A stretch of DNA of 64,000 nt, from contig JALVYU010000031.1 in NCBI GenBank assembly GCA_027022365.1, positions 430,391 to 494,390 on the forward strand. Direction: 5' to 3'. Numbering within the stretch: the stretch's first letter is position 1; each line of letters starts with the position of its first letter. A program made the translations under genes and the position numbers. Origin of the DNA: Desulfurococcales archaeon. Its GTDB lineage: Archaea > Thermoproteota > Thermoprotei_A > Sulfolobales > Desulfurococcaceae. The notes under the pieces were generated by a model, which saw nothing but the letters and a program-made list of their open reading frames with translations, was not told the origin of the DNA and ran no database searches. This document shows positions 48,682 through 58,941 of this stretch, piece after piece.

Positions 48682-50043
48682 TCAAATGATCGCACCTCCC
48701 CCGGCGATACAGGATACTATCCAGTAGGCGAAAACATTCAGCACAATCATCATGGCGATCAGCGCGTCGAGGAGGCCCGGAGAGTAGCCCATTCCCTCCC
48801 CGGAGGCCCCTTCCCCGGGAAACAGTATTGAAGCCAGTATCCTGAAGAAGAACAGGCTGCTCACAAACCATGCGAGGACAGGCACTACGGCGGCCACGCC
48901 CATCGAGGCGAATGTGTTCTTGAGTATCATTATCTTTGCGATGAACAGGTTGAAGGGAGGAGCCCCTTCGACCGCGAGTATGGATGCCGCGAGCAAGAAT
49001 CCTGCGTGCGGGTAGAGCCTCCTGATGCGGCCGTAGTCCCCGCCGTAAACGCCCATAGTCATGAACGCCGATGCCTTGGAGAGGCCGTGGCACATAATGT
49101 ATAGTGGTAGGAGAAGCGCGAGCGCCCCCATACCCGGCAGCGTCAGGGCAAGCACCATCCACGACATATTGTATATCGTAGACCACGCTAGCATGGAGGA
49201 AAGCCTCCTGGCGCCCCAGTACCAGATGATTGAGATGATCATGGAGACGAGCGATAGGGATACGAGCAGCCACACGTAGTTCTCGGGAAGCCTCATGGCC
49301 GAGGCCAGCCTGTACAGGCCATACACCCCGAGCGGGTCGACTATGCCCGAGAACAGCGCCGAGTAGAGCGGCTCTATATTGTCATATACTTGTTGGACCC
49401 AGTAGTGGAACGGGAATACACCGGCCTTGCTCACGAACCCCGCGGCGAGCAGTAGCGCCGGGACGACCAGGGTCTCGCCAGTGCTCCTCGTCATGTCGTA
49501 GGCGTTGTCGGCGTATAGGAGGGCGGCGCCGACCAGTATCATGAAACCGGTTATATGCATTGTTAAATAGTAGGTGTAGTGGGGGCCGGTGTCCCGGGAC
49601 GTTGATAGGATCATATAGTATGCTATGAAGCTAATGGCCTCCCAGAGAACCGCGAAGACCAGCCAGTTATCGGTTAGTACGAGCAGCGATGTCGCGTAGA
49701 GTAGGAGGGATAAGACACCGTACTTGGCGAATCTCCCATCGCTTATGCTGCTGTACCTTATATACGTGTAGATGCCAGCCACCAGTACTATGATGGATGA
49801 TGTCAGCACGTATACCGTGGAAAGAATATCCGCGTACAAGCCGATCCCTAGAGGCAGGTTTATTCTAGCGGGGAGCCCCCCGGCAACTAGGGCGGGGACT
49901 AGTAGAATGCTTAGCAGGGAATAGGTTGTCGTGGATATGAGCCCTAACAATCTTTTCTTCGAGGCGTCGGCCAGGATCGACGCGATGACCAGCGCTGGGT
50001 AAACGAGCAACAGTAGCAACGCCATGTAGAGCGGCTGGGCCAT
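48682..50043 (-). CDS. Antiporter-like membrane subunit (MrpD/NuoM/N-like)
   Basis: LWEA, KAGVFPFHYW and GAPPF. Confidence 0.88.
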   Translation of the reverse strand: MAQPLYMALLLLLVYPALVIASILADASKKRLLGLISTTTYSLLSILLVPALVAGGLPARINLPLGIGLYADILSTVYVLTSSIIVLVAGIYTYIRYSSISDGRFAKYGVLSLLLYATSLLVLTDNWLVFAVLWEAISFIAYYMILSTSRDTGPHYTYYLTMHITGFMILVGAALLYADNAYDMTRSTGETLVVPALLLAAGFVSKAGVFPFHYWVQQVYDNIEPLYSALFSGIVDPLGVYGLYRLASAMRLPENYVWLLVSLSLVSMIISIIWYWGARRLSSMLAWSTIYNMSWMVLALTLPGMGALALLLPLYIMCHGLSKASAFMTMGVYGGDYGRIRRLYPHAGFLLAASILAVEGAPPFNLFIAKIMILKNTFASMGVAAVVPVLAWFVSSLFFFRILASILFPGEGASGEGMGYSPGLLDALIAMMIVLNVFAYWIVSCIAGGGAII

Positions 50044-50046
50044 GTC

Positions 50047-51516
50047 CTACATCACCCTATAGATGCTCGGTATCATTACCGTGAAAGCCCATATCTGGGA
50101 AAGATACAGGCCCACCAACAGTATTATGAACGAAGCGTACATGTAGGGGGGAAGACCGGGTAATGGCCCGGCCGGGGCCTTCCTCCCGCCTACCCAGTGC
50201 ATGCTGACAGCCAGTAGCACCGCTGATTCGGCGAAGATCGCTAGGAGCGCCGCCAGGTAGATCGGAATAGTTATGACGGGGCCGGATAATACCACCATGT
50301 AGGCCTTAGCGACGGAGAACAGCGGGACACCCGCCAGTCCGAGCAGAACACAGAGCAACAAGTTGTAGAGGAGCCTGCTGGAGGAGAAGTACTCCATTAC
50401 CCTCACGAGATCATGTGTTCCGACAGAGTAGCCCGCACTGCCCATTAATAGGAAGCCGAGGCTCTTGAGGAAGGCATGGGCGGTAAAGTAGAGCAGGAAC
50501 AGGGATAGTCCGAGCCGTAGGGAATACACCATGAGGGATACCGTGAAGTACATTATGGCCGCCTCGGCTATGGTGGAGTAGGCTAGCAGCCTCTTCCCAT
50601 CCCTCAGCGCGGGGTACATGAGGGTGGAGATGATTACTGAGAAGATGATCGGGGCCAGTATGATGTATTGTGCATTAACGGGCACGCCGCCCATAGAGTA
50701 GATTATCCTCGCAACCAGGTAGGGCCCCATCTCGATCATGGTTGCGCCGTGGAGAAGAGCGGATGTGGGAGTCGGCGCGACCATCGCGTCGGGAAGCCAG
50801 GAATACGTTGGGAACTGGGACGACTTAGTGATGGCCGCCCACATCACCAGGCCCAGTACTAGCAGCTTGCCGGACGGGCTCAGGGAGCTCAGCGTACTCA
50901 ATGATACGCTCCCATAGTTCAGCGCGAGATACCCTATAGCGGCCGCTAAGCCTCCGTACGCTCCCAGATGGGTCACCACCAGCATCTTATACGACGACCT
51001 GGCGGCCTCCGGCGTGCCAGAGTATGATATCAGGCCCCAGCACGCAAGGCTCATCAGCTCGAAGTTTATGAGGAGCTGTATCAGGTTAGAGGAGAAGATG
51101 AAGAGCATTACCGAGAAAATGAAGAGGTACATCCACGCATAAAACCTTGGCTTACCGGTAACTACTGGGTGGTAGTTGTTCTGCGGCGACATATAGTTCG
51201 TGCTGTAGAGCATTATGGCCCCGGCGACAACCGATATTATCAGGGCCATGCCCGCCGAGAAGGGATCAACTATGAATCCATAGACCTCGCCGAGTCCGCC
51301 GGCGCTGTAAAGCCTGATATGGCTTATCGGGAAGCCCAGGTAGGCGTAGTAGGCGTAGAAAACTATCCCGGAAAAGATCAGGAGAACGCTAAAGAACACG
51401 TTTATCTTTACAACGTATTTCTCTCCCGACACTATAGAGAGTATAAAGGCGCATAAAGGCAAAAGAGCCAAAAACACCAGCGGCACAAGCATGATCCGTT
51501 CCTCGCCAACATCCAT
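50047..51516 (-). CDS. Antiporter-like membrane subunit (HyfD/NuoL-like)
   Basis: TKSSQFPTYSWLPDAMVAPTPTSALLH and KRLLAYST. Confidence 0.9.
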   Translation of the reverse strand: MDVGEERIMLVPLVFLALLPLCAFILSIVSGEKYVVKINVFFSVLLIFSGIVFYAYYAYLGFPISHIRLYSAGGLGEVYGFIVDPFSAGMALIISVVAGAIMLYSTNYMSPQNNYHPVVTGKPRFYAWMYLFIFSVMLFIFSSNLIQLLINFELMSLACWGLISYSGTPEAARSSYKMLVVTHLGAYGGLAAAIGYLALNYGSVSLSTLSSLSPSGKLLVLGLVMWAAITKSSQFPTYSWLPDAMVAPTPTSALLHGATMIEMGPYLVARIIYSMGGVPVNAQYIILAPIIFSVIISTLMYPALRDGKRLLAYSTIAEAAIMYFTVSLMVYSLRLGLSLFLLYFTAHAFLKSLGFLLMGSAGYSVGTHDLVRVMEYFSSSRLLYNLLLCVLLGLAGVPLFSVAKAYMVVLSGPVITIPIYLAALLAIFAESAVLLAVSMHWVGGRKAPAGPLPGLPPYMYASFIILLVGLYLSQIWAFTVMIPSIYRVM

Positions 51517-51534
51517 GGATTTAGGGAAAAAAGG

Positions 51535-53397
51535 TTATGGGCTGAGCCTTCTCTTCTCGAGGTGCTTCAGGATTATATCTGCGGCGGTCTCTGGGTCCGG
51601 CTCGATGACCAGTCTGCCTCCCGTTATCTTCTCCATCTCCTCCGTCAGGAACTTCTCCACGCCCGGCGCCGCAAGGATCTGCGGCACCGTCCCGACGTGG
51701 CTGAGCAATCCATGCGCCATATAGTAGAGCACAGCACTCAGTGCTTTACCGTTCATCCACTCCGGCGCACTCGCCGCGAACGGGGCCTTATTTAGCGGTG
51801 CGCCGAGCTCCCTGCTTATCTCGTAGAGTATGAGTAGCTCCCTCGTGGTTTCAACGCATGGTCCTAGCGGTATCACTGGCGGCAGGTTGAACGCCGCCAA
51901 CAGCCTCATGAGCCCCTTGCCCGCGAGCCTGATTGACTCAGGCTTCGCTAGGCCCGTCAGCGCGGCCGCCATCATCGAGCACCCCATCGTGAATACCAGC
52001 ACGTCGTTCTCGATCAGCTTCTTGGCGATTGTGTAGTGGCCGTAGTTGTGCTTTACCTTCGGGTTGGTGCAGTGGTGCATGACCACTACTCCCTTTATGC
52101 TGCCATCTCTTATCGCGTCGGCTATCGGCTTGAAGGATCCGCCGAATGCCTTCTTTAGCCCGTTCAGGGTCGGGTTGGTTGTGAACTCCGAGACGTGTGT
52201 CGGCCTATAGATCTTCTCGGGCTTCCTGTTGGCATAGTTCTTGATCGCGAGCCTGACTATTTCTTTGGCTACGCTTGAAGCGTTCTCGGGCGTCATCGGC
52301 ATATGTATGGCTCCGGGTAGCTTGGCCACGGGGTCTACTATCACGATCTTTGTATGGTATTTCCTCGCGATCTCGACTATGTGGGGATATATGCACTGGT
52401 GATCAACAACCATTACCTCGGTGAGCCCCGTTATGATCGGTAGCTCCTGCATGATCATGTTGCCGCTCGGTATGATGACGGATATGCCCTTCGCCCCCGC
52501 CTTCCTAGCCATTTCGAGCAGCTCCGGATCCTGTGCCGCCATCTTGATCTTGCCGGCGAAGACTGGCATGACCCTGATGAATATGTTGACGTTGTCGGGG
52601 CTGATGATTCCGAGGCCGCTACGGCCTTTTCCAGGCGTCTTATCTCCGAGCAGGATCTCGTCCATAATCGTTGTTGTGAACGTGGCTAGGAGGCCGTCGA
52701 GTATAGATATCCTGATCGCCTGCTTCACCACGCTGATCGGGTCGGAGTCGGTACCCATGTTAGACCTGTAGTTAGCATCGATAAGTTCTCTCGAAAACCC
52801 TCGGGGCAGTAGGCCGTTCTTCTCCCATACCTCAATTATCTCCTCGGGCACAAGCTTCAGGGCTGTTTGGAGCGGCTCGTCCGTCAGCCTGTGGATCTCT
52901 GTCTCGAGCAAATCCACCAGTGATCCGAGCAGGTCGAGATCGTTCTCGGCCTTCAGCCCCAGCGTGTCGGCCAGCTCGTGGAGCCTCTCCGGGTTCTTCA
53001 GGACATAGTCTTTAGTCCTGCCCTCCGCGACCGCCCTAGCGGTATTTATCATGATCAGTGCTTCCTGCAGCCTCGTCGTAGCCCCGTGGACAACAAGGTC
53101 CAGCAGATCCCTCGAAGCTATGAGATCAGGGTCAGCGCCGCACGTACCGGTCGGGAAACCGTAGCCGAAGGGGTCTACTCTGCACGGCCCTGTGTTGCAG
53201 TGTCTACAGCAAACGCCAGTAAGCCCGAACCCGCACTGGGGCTGCTGGTACTGGAACCTGTGCCAAACCGTGTCGACGCCTTCGAGATCAGCCTTCTTAA
53301 CCAGCTCGTTCACGTCCGGGGTGATCGAGACATACCCCTTGATTTTTAAACCAATATACGCCCTTTCGGTCAAGACCGGGATCACCACTCGAACCAT
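51535..53397 (-). CDS. cooS: Ni-CODH (CooS) family protein, atypical active site
   Basis: QQPQCGFGLTGVCCRHCNTGPC (D/B cluster ligands), DHQC, MGC, GPCVE and PEWMNGKA are present. The HGH and CCTGNE motifs are missing. Confidence 0.88.
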   Translation of the reverse strand: MVRVVIPVLTERAYIGLKIKGYVSITPDVNELVKKADLEGVDTVWHRFQYQQPQCGFGLTGVCCRHCNTGPCRVDPFGYGFPTGTCGADPDLIASRDLLDLVVHGATTRLQEALIMINTARAVAEGRTKDYVLKNPERLHELADTLGLKAENDLDLLGSLVDLLETEIHRLTDEPLQTALKLVPEEIIEVWEKNGLLPRGFSRELIDANYRSNMGTDSDPISVVKQAIRISILDGLLATFTTTIMDEILLGDKTPGKGRSGLGIISPDNVNIFIRVMPVFAGKIKMAAQDPELLEMARKAGAKGISVIIPSGNMIMQELPIITGLTEVMVVDHQCIYPHIVEIARKYHTKIVIVDPVAKLPGAIHMPMTPENASSVAKEIVRLAIKNYANRKPEKIYRPTHVSEFTTNPTLNGLKKAFGGSFKPIADAIRDGSIKGVVVMHHCTNPKVKHNYGHYTIAKKLIENDVLVFTMGCSMMAAALTGLAKPESIRLAGKGLMRLLAAFNLPPVIPLGPCVETTRELLILYEISRELGAPLNKAPFAASAPEWMNGKALSAVLYYMAHGLLSHVGTVPQILAAPGVEKFLTEEMEKITGGRLVIEPDPETAADIILKHLEKRRLSP

Positions 53398-54002
53398 CTA
53401 GAAGTACGGGTCTTCTCCGCGAGGATGTGAAGGGGTGTCCTAGACTCCGATGAAAAGACCATATAGGATTTGACGCCTTCTTTCCTGGACTCATAAACCT
53501 TCCTCATAACCAGCTCCTTACGTCTCCTCATAACTTCGCCGACGGTGCCGTACATCAGAGCCCCGGTTGGGCAGGCCTCTACACACGCCGGCGGGAGGCC
53601 TCCCGCTCTCCTGTCGGGGCAGAGATCGCACTTCACCATTATCTTGTTGAAGACATCGAGTTCGGGCACGCCGAACGGGCATGCGACACCGCAGGTGAGG
53701 CAGCCGATGCACTTCAGGGGGTTAAGCACTACGGCGTCGTCCTGATCCCTCTCCAGAGCCCTCGTCGGGCACACCTCGATGCACGGTGCTTGTTCGCAGT
53801 GGCGGCAGTTCAGGGGCGAGGGGAGGCCTAGATCCCATAGGTACACGACCCTTATCCTAGCCCTCGGCCTCGGGTACTCCTTGATGGCGATGAAGAGGCT
53901 CTTGCTCTGCGAATGCTCCACCGCACACGCTATCTCGCAGGATCGGCATCCCACGCATCTCGTAGGATCTATGAAGACCACCGGTTTATCGGATATCGCC
54001 AA
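53382..54002 (-). CDS. cooF: CooF/HycB-like 4x[4Fe-4S] electron-transfer protein
   Basis: CVGCRSCEIAC, CRHCEQAPCIEVCP, CIGCLTCGVACP and KCDLC..PACVEACP. Likely start is TTG at 54002. Confidence 0.88.
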   Translation of the reverse strand: MAISDKPVVFIDPTRCVGCRSCEIACAVEHSQSKSLFIAIKEYPRPRARIRVVYLWDLGLPSPLNCRHCEQAPCIEVCPTRALERDQDDAVVLNPLKCIGCLTCGVACPFGVPELDVFNKIMVKCDLCPDRRAGGLPPACVEACPTGALMYGTVGEVMRRRKELVMRKVYESRKEGVKSYMVFSSESRTPLHILAEKTRTSRWFEW

Positions 54003-54122
54003 ACCAACAGCACCTTGGATCAAGTGATGCTGTTTGCTCGTTATGCCTTTATCGAGTGGTTTTAAATTAAAGAGCCCGTGATTCACTGTTTATAGGGGCG
54101 GTTGCCTGATCCGTTAAAACGG

Positions 54123-55694
54123 CTAGTGGGTGAGGAAGCGCTCTATGATCCCTCTCACTGATCCTATGTAGTCCGTGGGGCTGAACAGCTGCCCCGACAC
54201 ACTGGTTGAGAGCTGTGAGAGGAGTGGAAGGGCTAAGCCTACAACGACTACTAGGATGCACAGAATAGTTATTGAAGCCTTAACAGTCCATCCCGGCCTG
54301 AGCACGCCCGTCTTGACTGGGGCCTCGTTGACGAGGAGGTTTATTATCCTGAAGTACCCTATGGCCGCTATTGCGCTTGTAATGATGATTATCAGTGCAG
54401 CGCCGATGTTGCCGGCTCCCACCGATGCAGCTATCAATAACAGCTTGCTCGGGAACGTGCCCAGGGGGGGTACGCCGGCGAGCCCCAGCATAGCGATGAT
54501 CATGCCTGCCGAGGCGCCTGGATAGAGCTTAGCGAATCCCTTCAAATCCCTGATGTTCCTAGTGCCCGCCGCCGAGACTAGTACTCCGACAGATAGGAAT
54601 GCCAGGGCCTTAGATATGGAATGCGTTATGAAGTGGTATATCGAGGCCGCCAAGGCGTACCTCGTACCAATACTTATGCCGATAATGATGAGGGATACAT
54701 GCATAACCGTGCTGTAAGCAATGATCCTCTTTATATCGGTCTCTATAAGCATCATCACCGAAGCGTAGAGTGCGCCGAGGCACCCAAGCACCACCAGGAC
54801 ATCGAGTACGACCGATAACCCGCCGACGGCGTGCCTTCCCCATGACAGCACCGTGTAGAAGAGCCTTATCAGCCCGTATAGCCCGGCGTTCACGACAAGG
54901 CCAGATAAGAGCGCGGAAACCGGTGAGGGGGCCTCCGAGTGGGCGTCGGGGAGCCAGAAGTGGAGCGGGAAAGCGGCTGACTCCAGCATCAGGGACCAGA
55001 CTATTAGACCTACTATGAGGAGCAGAGGAGCGGCCGCGACCACTGTGTTGCCGCTGAACAGGTTCATAGGTGTGGGTAGGCCGAGGATCTTCGCCGACAG
55101 GTCGGGTATGCTCAACGTGCCGATGTATGCGTAGATGAAGCCTATTCCCAGGAAAAGCAGTATCCCCGCCAGACAAGCTATCATGCCGTACTTCAGCGCT
55201 GCCTCGACGGCTTCTCCCTTGTTCTTATGGTAGCCCACGAGGGCGTAGGCGGTTACGGCCATTAGCTCTATCATTACGAAGAAATTGAATAGATCACCTG
55301 TATAGTATATGCCGATCAGCGCCGAGGACATAAGCAGTACCAGTATATACATGTAGTGGATCCCATGCTCTCTCCCGCCAAAGTACCCGATCGAGTAAAC
55401 AGCTATTAAAAATATTATCAGCGATGAAAGCAGCGCCATGGTCGCCGACAGCTTGTCCACGACATAGACTATCCCCAGTGGCGGGAGCCACCCACCCGAG
55501 CCGTACACCAGGGTCTCGTTAAACCGGAGTACAGTGTACGCCACATAACCCGTCATTACCGCCGTGACTATGGTTGTAGATAGAAATATCGTGTCTGCCG
55601 CCCTCCTGGACTTATGGGTTACGCTGAGCAGCGCCAACAGTATTGCTCCGACCAAGCCGATGATCGGCGTGAGCACGGGTATGAAGGACTCCAT
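54123..55694 (-). CDS. mnhD: Mrp/Mnh Na+/H+ antiporter subunit D
   Basis: GWLPPLGI, TGDLFNFFVMIE and FWLPDAHSEAP. Confidence 0.9.
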   Translation of the reverse strand: MESFIPVLTPIIGLVGAILLALLSVTHKSRRAADTIFLSTTIVTAVMTGYVAYTVLRFNETLVYGSGGWLPPLGIVYVVDKLSATMALLSSLIIFLIAVYSIGYFGGREHGIHYMYILVLLMSSALIGIYYTGDLFNFFVMIELMAVTAYALVGYHKNKGEAVEAALKYGMIACLAGILLFLGIGFIYAYIGTLSIPDLSAKILGLPTPMNLFSGNTVVAAAPLLLIVGLIVWSLMLESAAFPLHFWLPDAHSEAPSPVSALLSGLVVNAGLYGLIRLFYTVLSWGRHAVGGLSVVLDVLVVLGCLGALYASVMMLIETDIKRIIAYSTVMHVSLIIIGISIGTRYALAASIYHFITHSISKALAFLSVGVLVSAAGTRNIRDLKGFAKLYPGASAGMIIAMLGLAGVPPLGTFPSKLLLIAASVGAGNIGAALIIIITSAIAAIGYFRIINLLVNEAPVKTGVLRPGWTVKASITILCILVVVVGLALPLLSQLSTSVSGQLFSPTDYIGSVRGIIERFLTH

Positions 55695-55699
55695 CTCGA

Positions 55700-56203
55700 T
55701 CAGTCCTCGAAGATCTTCTTGATCCACTTGTCGAAAACCATGATTATCTTCTCCCTAACGATGCGGGGGTCACGCGTATAGGCTTCGAGCCAGTGGACGA
55801 AGTACTTCTTGGCCTCGGGGTCAATGTCCACCACTATGGTTCCCGGCGTATTGGTTATAGAGTTGGCCGTAGCCGCTACCGCGTAGTCCGTCCTATAGTC
55901 GAACGGCACCTCGACAATGTCTGGCATATAGTCCCTGAGCCCCAACACCATCGAGGCTACCCGTAGGTGGCAGGCCGGCTCGACGACGAGCAGGTAGTAC
56001 AGCGTGTATGCTAGTCCGTAGAGCCATCTCTTCGGGGAGAGTGCTTTGCCGGGCTTCTTAACCACTTCCCCGCCCACGATCAAGGCCGCGACCATCGATA
56101 TTATCGGCGCTACTACTAGGTCAAACAACGTTATCCTTGCAACTATTAGGAAGTAGATGAGGATCCCCGCGAGCCATACGGCTATGTATCCCGCCCTCAT
56201 CAC
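55700..56203 (-). CDS. mnhE: Mrp/Mnh subunit E
   Basis: ANSITNTPGTIVVD..VHWL. Confidence 0.9.
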   Translation of the reverse strand: MMRAGYIAVWLAGILIYFLIVARITLFDLVVAPIISMVAALIVGGEVVKKPGKALSPKRWLYGLAYTLYYLLVVEPACHLRVASMVLGLRDYMPDIVEVPFDYRTDYAVAATANSITNTPGTIVVDIDPEAKKYFVHWLEAYTRDPRIVREKIIMVFDKWIKKIFED

Positions 56204-56610
56204 TGCTCACCCCTCAGCTCCTTCTTGATCATAGCAATTTTCTTGACGTCAAGCGTGCCGTACACCTCGTAGAGCCTTATGGCCAGGAATACGAGGAGTA
56301 TGGTTATTGATAGATTTATCACGACAGCGGTTATGGTGAGCGTCGGGGGGAGGGGGTCGACGCTTTCACTGATGAAACGTGTGAGGGTGGCGTTGTCGGG
56401 GGCCCAGCTAGTCATCACGTAGGGTGATACCGGGTACTTGAACCTGTACCCTATGAGCGCTAGGACGATGAAGCTGGTGTCGGCCAAGACCGTCAGGCAC
56501 GCGATCTTCTTCAGTACGTTGGGCCTCATGATCAAGCCGTAGAGCGCCATGCCGGCATTAGCCATGATTATGAGCCACACGTATAGCCAGAAGACCTCGC
56601 CCACGCCCAC
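56200..56610 (-). CDS. mnhC: Mrp/Mnh subunit C
   Basis: NVLKKI, DPLP..LTITAVVI and YGTLD. Confidence 0.9.
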   Translation of the reverse strand: MGVGEVFWLYVWLIIMANAGMALYGLIMRPNVLKKIACLTVLADTSFIVLALIGYRFKYPVSPYVMTSWAPDNATLTRFISESVDPLPPTLTITAVVINLSITILLVFLAIRLYEVYGTLDVKKIAMIKKELRGEQ

Positions 56611-56613
56611 CGC

Positions 56614-57399
56614 TTAATCACCCTCCTTGAGGCTCGCGATCACTCCTAGAAGAATGAATGCAACTGTAAAGGCCCCTGCGACGGCGAATAGCTCGAAGAG
56701 GTTCAGGAGGAATATACTGCCGCCGAGAGGCGTCGAGTCGATAAATCTGCCGGGGAAGCTAAAAGATGATCCTGGCTTGGCCTGGTTCTGGAACACGTAT
56801 CCGCCGGCGATGAGAGGCGTTATGATGACCAGTACCAGTAGTAGGAGGAAAGTAGCTCTGAGGAGGAGCGCCCTCCTATGCGTCAGGCCCAGCCTACGCG
56901 CATATCCCAGCGTGTAAACTAGGGCCAGGAGGACAGGCACGACGGCGAAGGCGGCGCCTCCGACGAATCCTCCTCCGGGGGTTATCTGGCCCGTGAAGCC
57001 GAAGGCGACCGCGATAATGATCGTTAGCCAGATTATTATCTTGGACACGGCCCTTACGATAAGGCTTAAGCCATAGATCTTCCCGGTCTTCCCCGGCTCG
57101 CTGTGCAGGTACTCCCTGTACACAAGGATCGCGCCTATGATGGCGCCGAACAGGACCATTGTTTCGTAAAGCGTATCCAGCCCTCGGTAGTCCCAGAGTA
57201 TCGCGGATACACCCTCGGGGGACTCTGCTGTAAAGTACTTCGTCGCGGGATTGATCATGTAGTACAGGTATTTCTCGCCTAGTAGCCTCAGTTTAGCCGG
57301 GGCGGGAGGCCCGCTAATGCCCAGCACGACCAATCCATACGCCAGAGCAAACAACACTATCAGTATCGAGACAGCCGCGACGAGCCCGGTCACCCTCAT
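56614..57399 (-). CDS. mnhB: Mrp/Mnh subunit B-like
   Basis: ILWDYRGLDTLYE and TPGGGFVGG. Confidence 0.88.
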   Translation of the reverse strand: MRVTGLVAAVSILIVLFALAYGLVVLGISGPPAPAKLRLLGEKYLYYMINPATKYFTAESPEGVSAILWDYRGLDTLYETMVLFGAIIGAILVYREYLHSEPGKTGKIYGLSLIVRAVSKIIIWLTIIIAVAFGFTGQITPGGGFVGGAAFAVVPVLLALVYTLGYARRLGLTHRRALLLRATFLLLLVLVIITPLIAGGYVFQNQAKPGSSFSFPGRFIDSTPLGGSIFLLNLFELFAVAGAFTVAFILLGVIASLKEGD

Positions 57400-57653
57400 G
57401 CCTCCTCAAACCTCTCCGTCTTTTTGACCGCGAACATTAGTAGCGCAGTATATATTCCGACGGCGACGGCGATGTAGGCTAGGACGACGTCGGGAACCAA
57501 TAATATGTAGAGGGCTATCGCGTAGAAAGTGGACTGCGCAGCCGACAAGACAATCATTTTGAGCAAGTCCCTCTCCTGCACCATCAGGTATATCGTTATG
57601 AATGAGACGCCGAGTACAACTGCCAGCATTACTAGGTGGAGCACCGGGAACAA
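57396..57653 (-). CDS. Small Mrp subunit (DUF4040/MbhD-like)
   Basis: 3 TM segments, ERDLLK and PDVVLAYIAV. Confidence 0.85.
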   Translation of the reverse strand: MFPVLHLVMLAVVLGVSFITIYLMVQERDLLKMIVLSAAQSTFYAIALYILLVPDVVLAYIAVAVGIYTALLMFAVKKTERFEEA

Positions 57654-58016
57654 CTACTTCTTCACCTCCCCGGGTATGCGTCTATAGGGCTTAAGGCCCG
57701 ACCTATAAGCGGCTCTGGCGACCGCGTGGCTCCCGGTAGGCGCTGTAATCAGTATTAGTGAAGCGATAACGAGCATAGGTAGGGCGAAAGAGAGCCTAGC
57801 GGAGAGAGATAGGCCGGGCACGCCGAAGACGAGGATCGCCGAGCCTATTATGGGGTACACCGCGCCGCCGATCGCCCCGATGGTTACAGCGTGCAGCCTG
57901 GTGTAGAAGTCGGGGAACTTGTTGACGCCTAGAGCCGCTACGAGGTCGAAGAGGCCCCCAATGAATATGATTGCTCCCCCGATAATCGTTAAAACTAATC
58001 CGCCCAGACCCATCAA
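57654..58016 (-). CDS. mnhG: Mrp/Mnh subunit G
   Basis: FPDFYTRLHA and TAPTGSHAVARAAY. Confidence 0.92.
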   Translation of the reverse strand: MMGLGGLVLTIIGGAIIFIGGLFDLVAALGVNKFPDFYTRLHAVTIGAIGGAVYPIIGSAILVFGVPGLSLSARLSFALPMLVIASLILITAPTGSHAVARAAYRSGLKPYRRIPGEVKK

Positions 58017-58291
58017 TCTCCCCCGTCACCACCTATACGTGTGAACCTGTCATAGTAGCGGGCGATCACGACGTCGAGAATATACGCCCATAAAGCCAGG
58101 AGTATTCCGGCGCCGAGCAACAAATATGATCGGAAATAAACACTCAGAATAACCATGAAAGCCGATACGTCATAGCAGAGAGCATCTATCGAGATCGTAG
58201 AATCAAATACGGTGGGACCCTTAAACCCCCTTACAGCATAGAGTATGAAGGCTACAATGTACAACGGTATGGATACGATTATAAATACCAT
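58013..58291 (-). CDS. mnhF: Mrp/Mnh subunit F
   Basis: KGPTVFD..ID and IARY. Likely start is ATG 58291. Confidence 0.85.
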   Translation of the reverse strand: MVFIIVSIPLYIVAFILYAVRGFKGPTVFDSTISIDALCYDVSAFMVILSVYFRSYLLLGAGILLALWAYILDVVIARYYDRFTRIGGDGGD

Positions 58292-58941
58292 CCATAGATC
58301 AATCAATAACCAGCACCATGGTAAAGACACTACCAGGCGATACAAAAATTAATAACGAGATTCTAGGAGGACACGCCGAGGAAATGATCACAAATCACGG
58401 GCTCCGTCAGAACACCCTGTATCAGAAAAACGGCCTTCTAGAAATTGTATTCTCCCCTCCCAATAGCCTTATACACGAATAGTACAGCCGGAATGTAAGC
58501 TACCGCAACAGCAAGTCCATCCCCAATAAACACGGACACCATACTCGCTGTAGAACTCGTCGTTTCTCCCACTGGAAACTGAATAGGGTCCATTTGCCCT
58601 TCTTCGCCGCTAGATATTTCGTTAGTCGCTCTGTACCTTATATAGACAGCTTCTCAATTTAAATAGACTAAACGCTCCTACGGCGCCCTAGTGCGGGTTA
58701 CTCTAACGATAGATGGCCGAAATATTTGTTGTGCTCCCATAGGATCTTATGTTGTTTGCTATCCGGAGGCCTTAGCGCTCTTCTAGTAGATGGGTTGAAA
58801 TCTTAATTTATGGGTTCTAGATACTCATATTATCTGTGTTCTGCGCCATAGTTTCTAGTTAGTTTTAAATAATAGAGCGATAATTATAACTTGAATAACA
58901 ATATGTATAATTCTATCTGTTCATATCTTACGGTGAAGCAG

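Noticed and set aside
48680-49273. N-terminal 197 aa of the 874-aa ORF
   Set aside because: It is an alternative frame over the 48682-50043 gene; the membrane subunit starts at ATG 48679.
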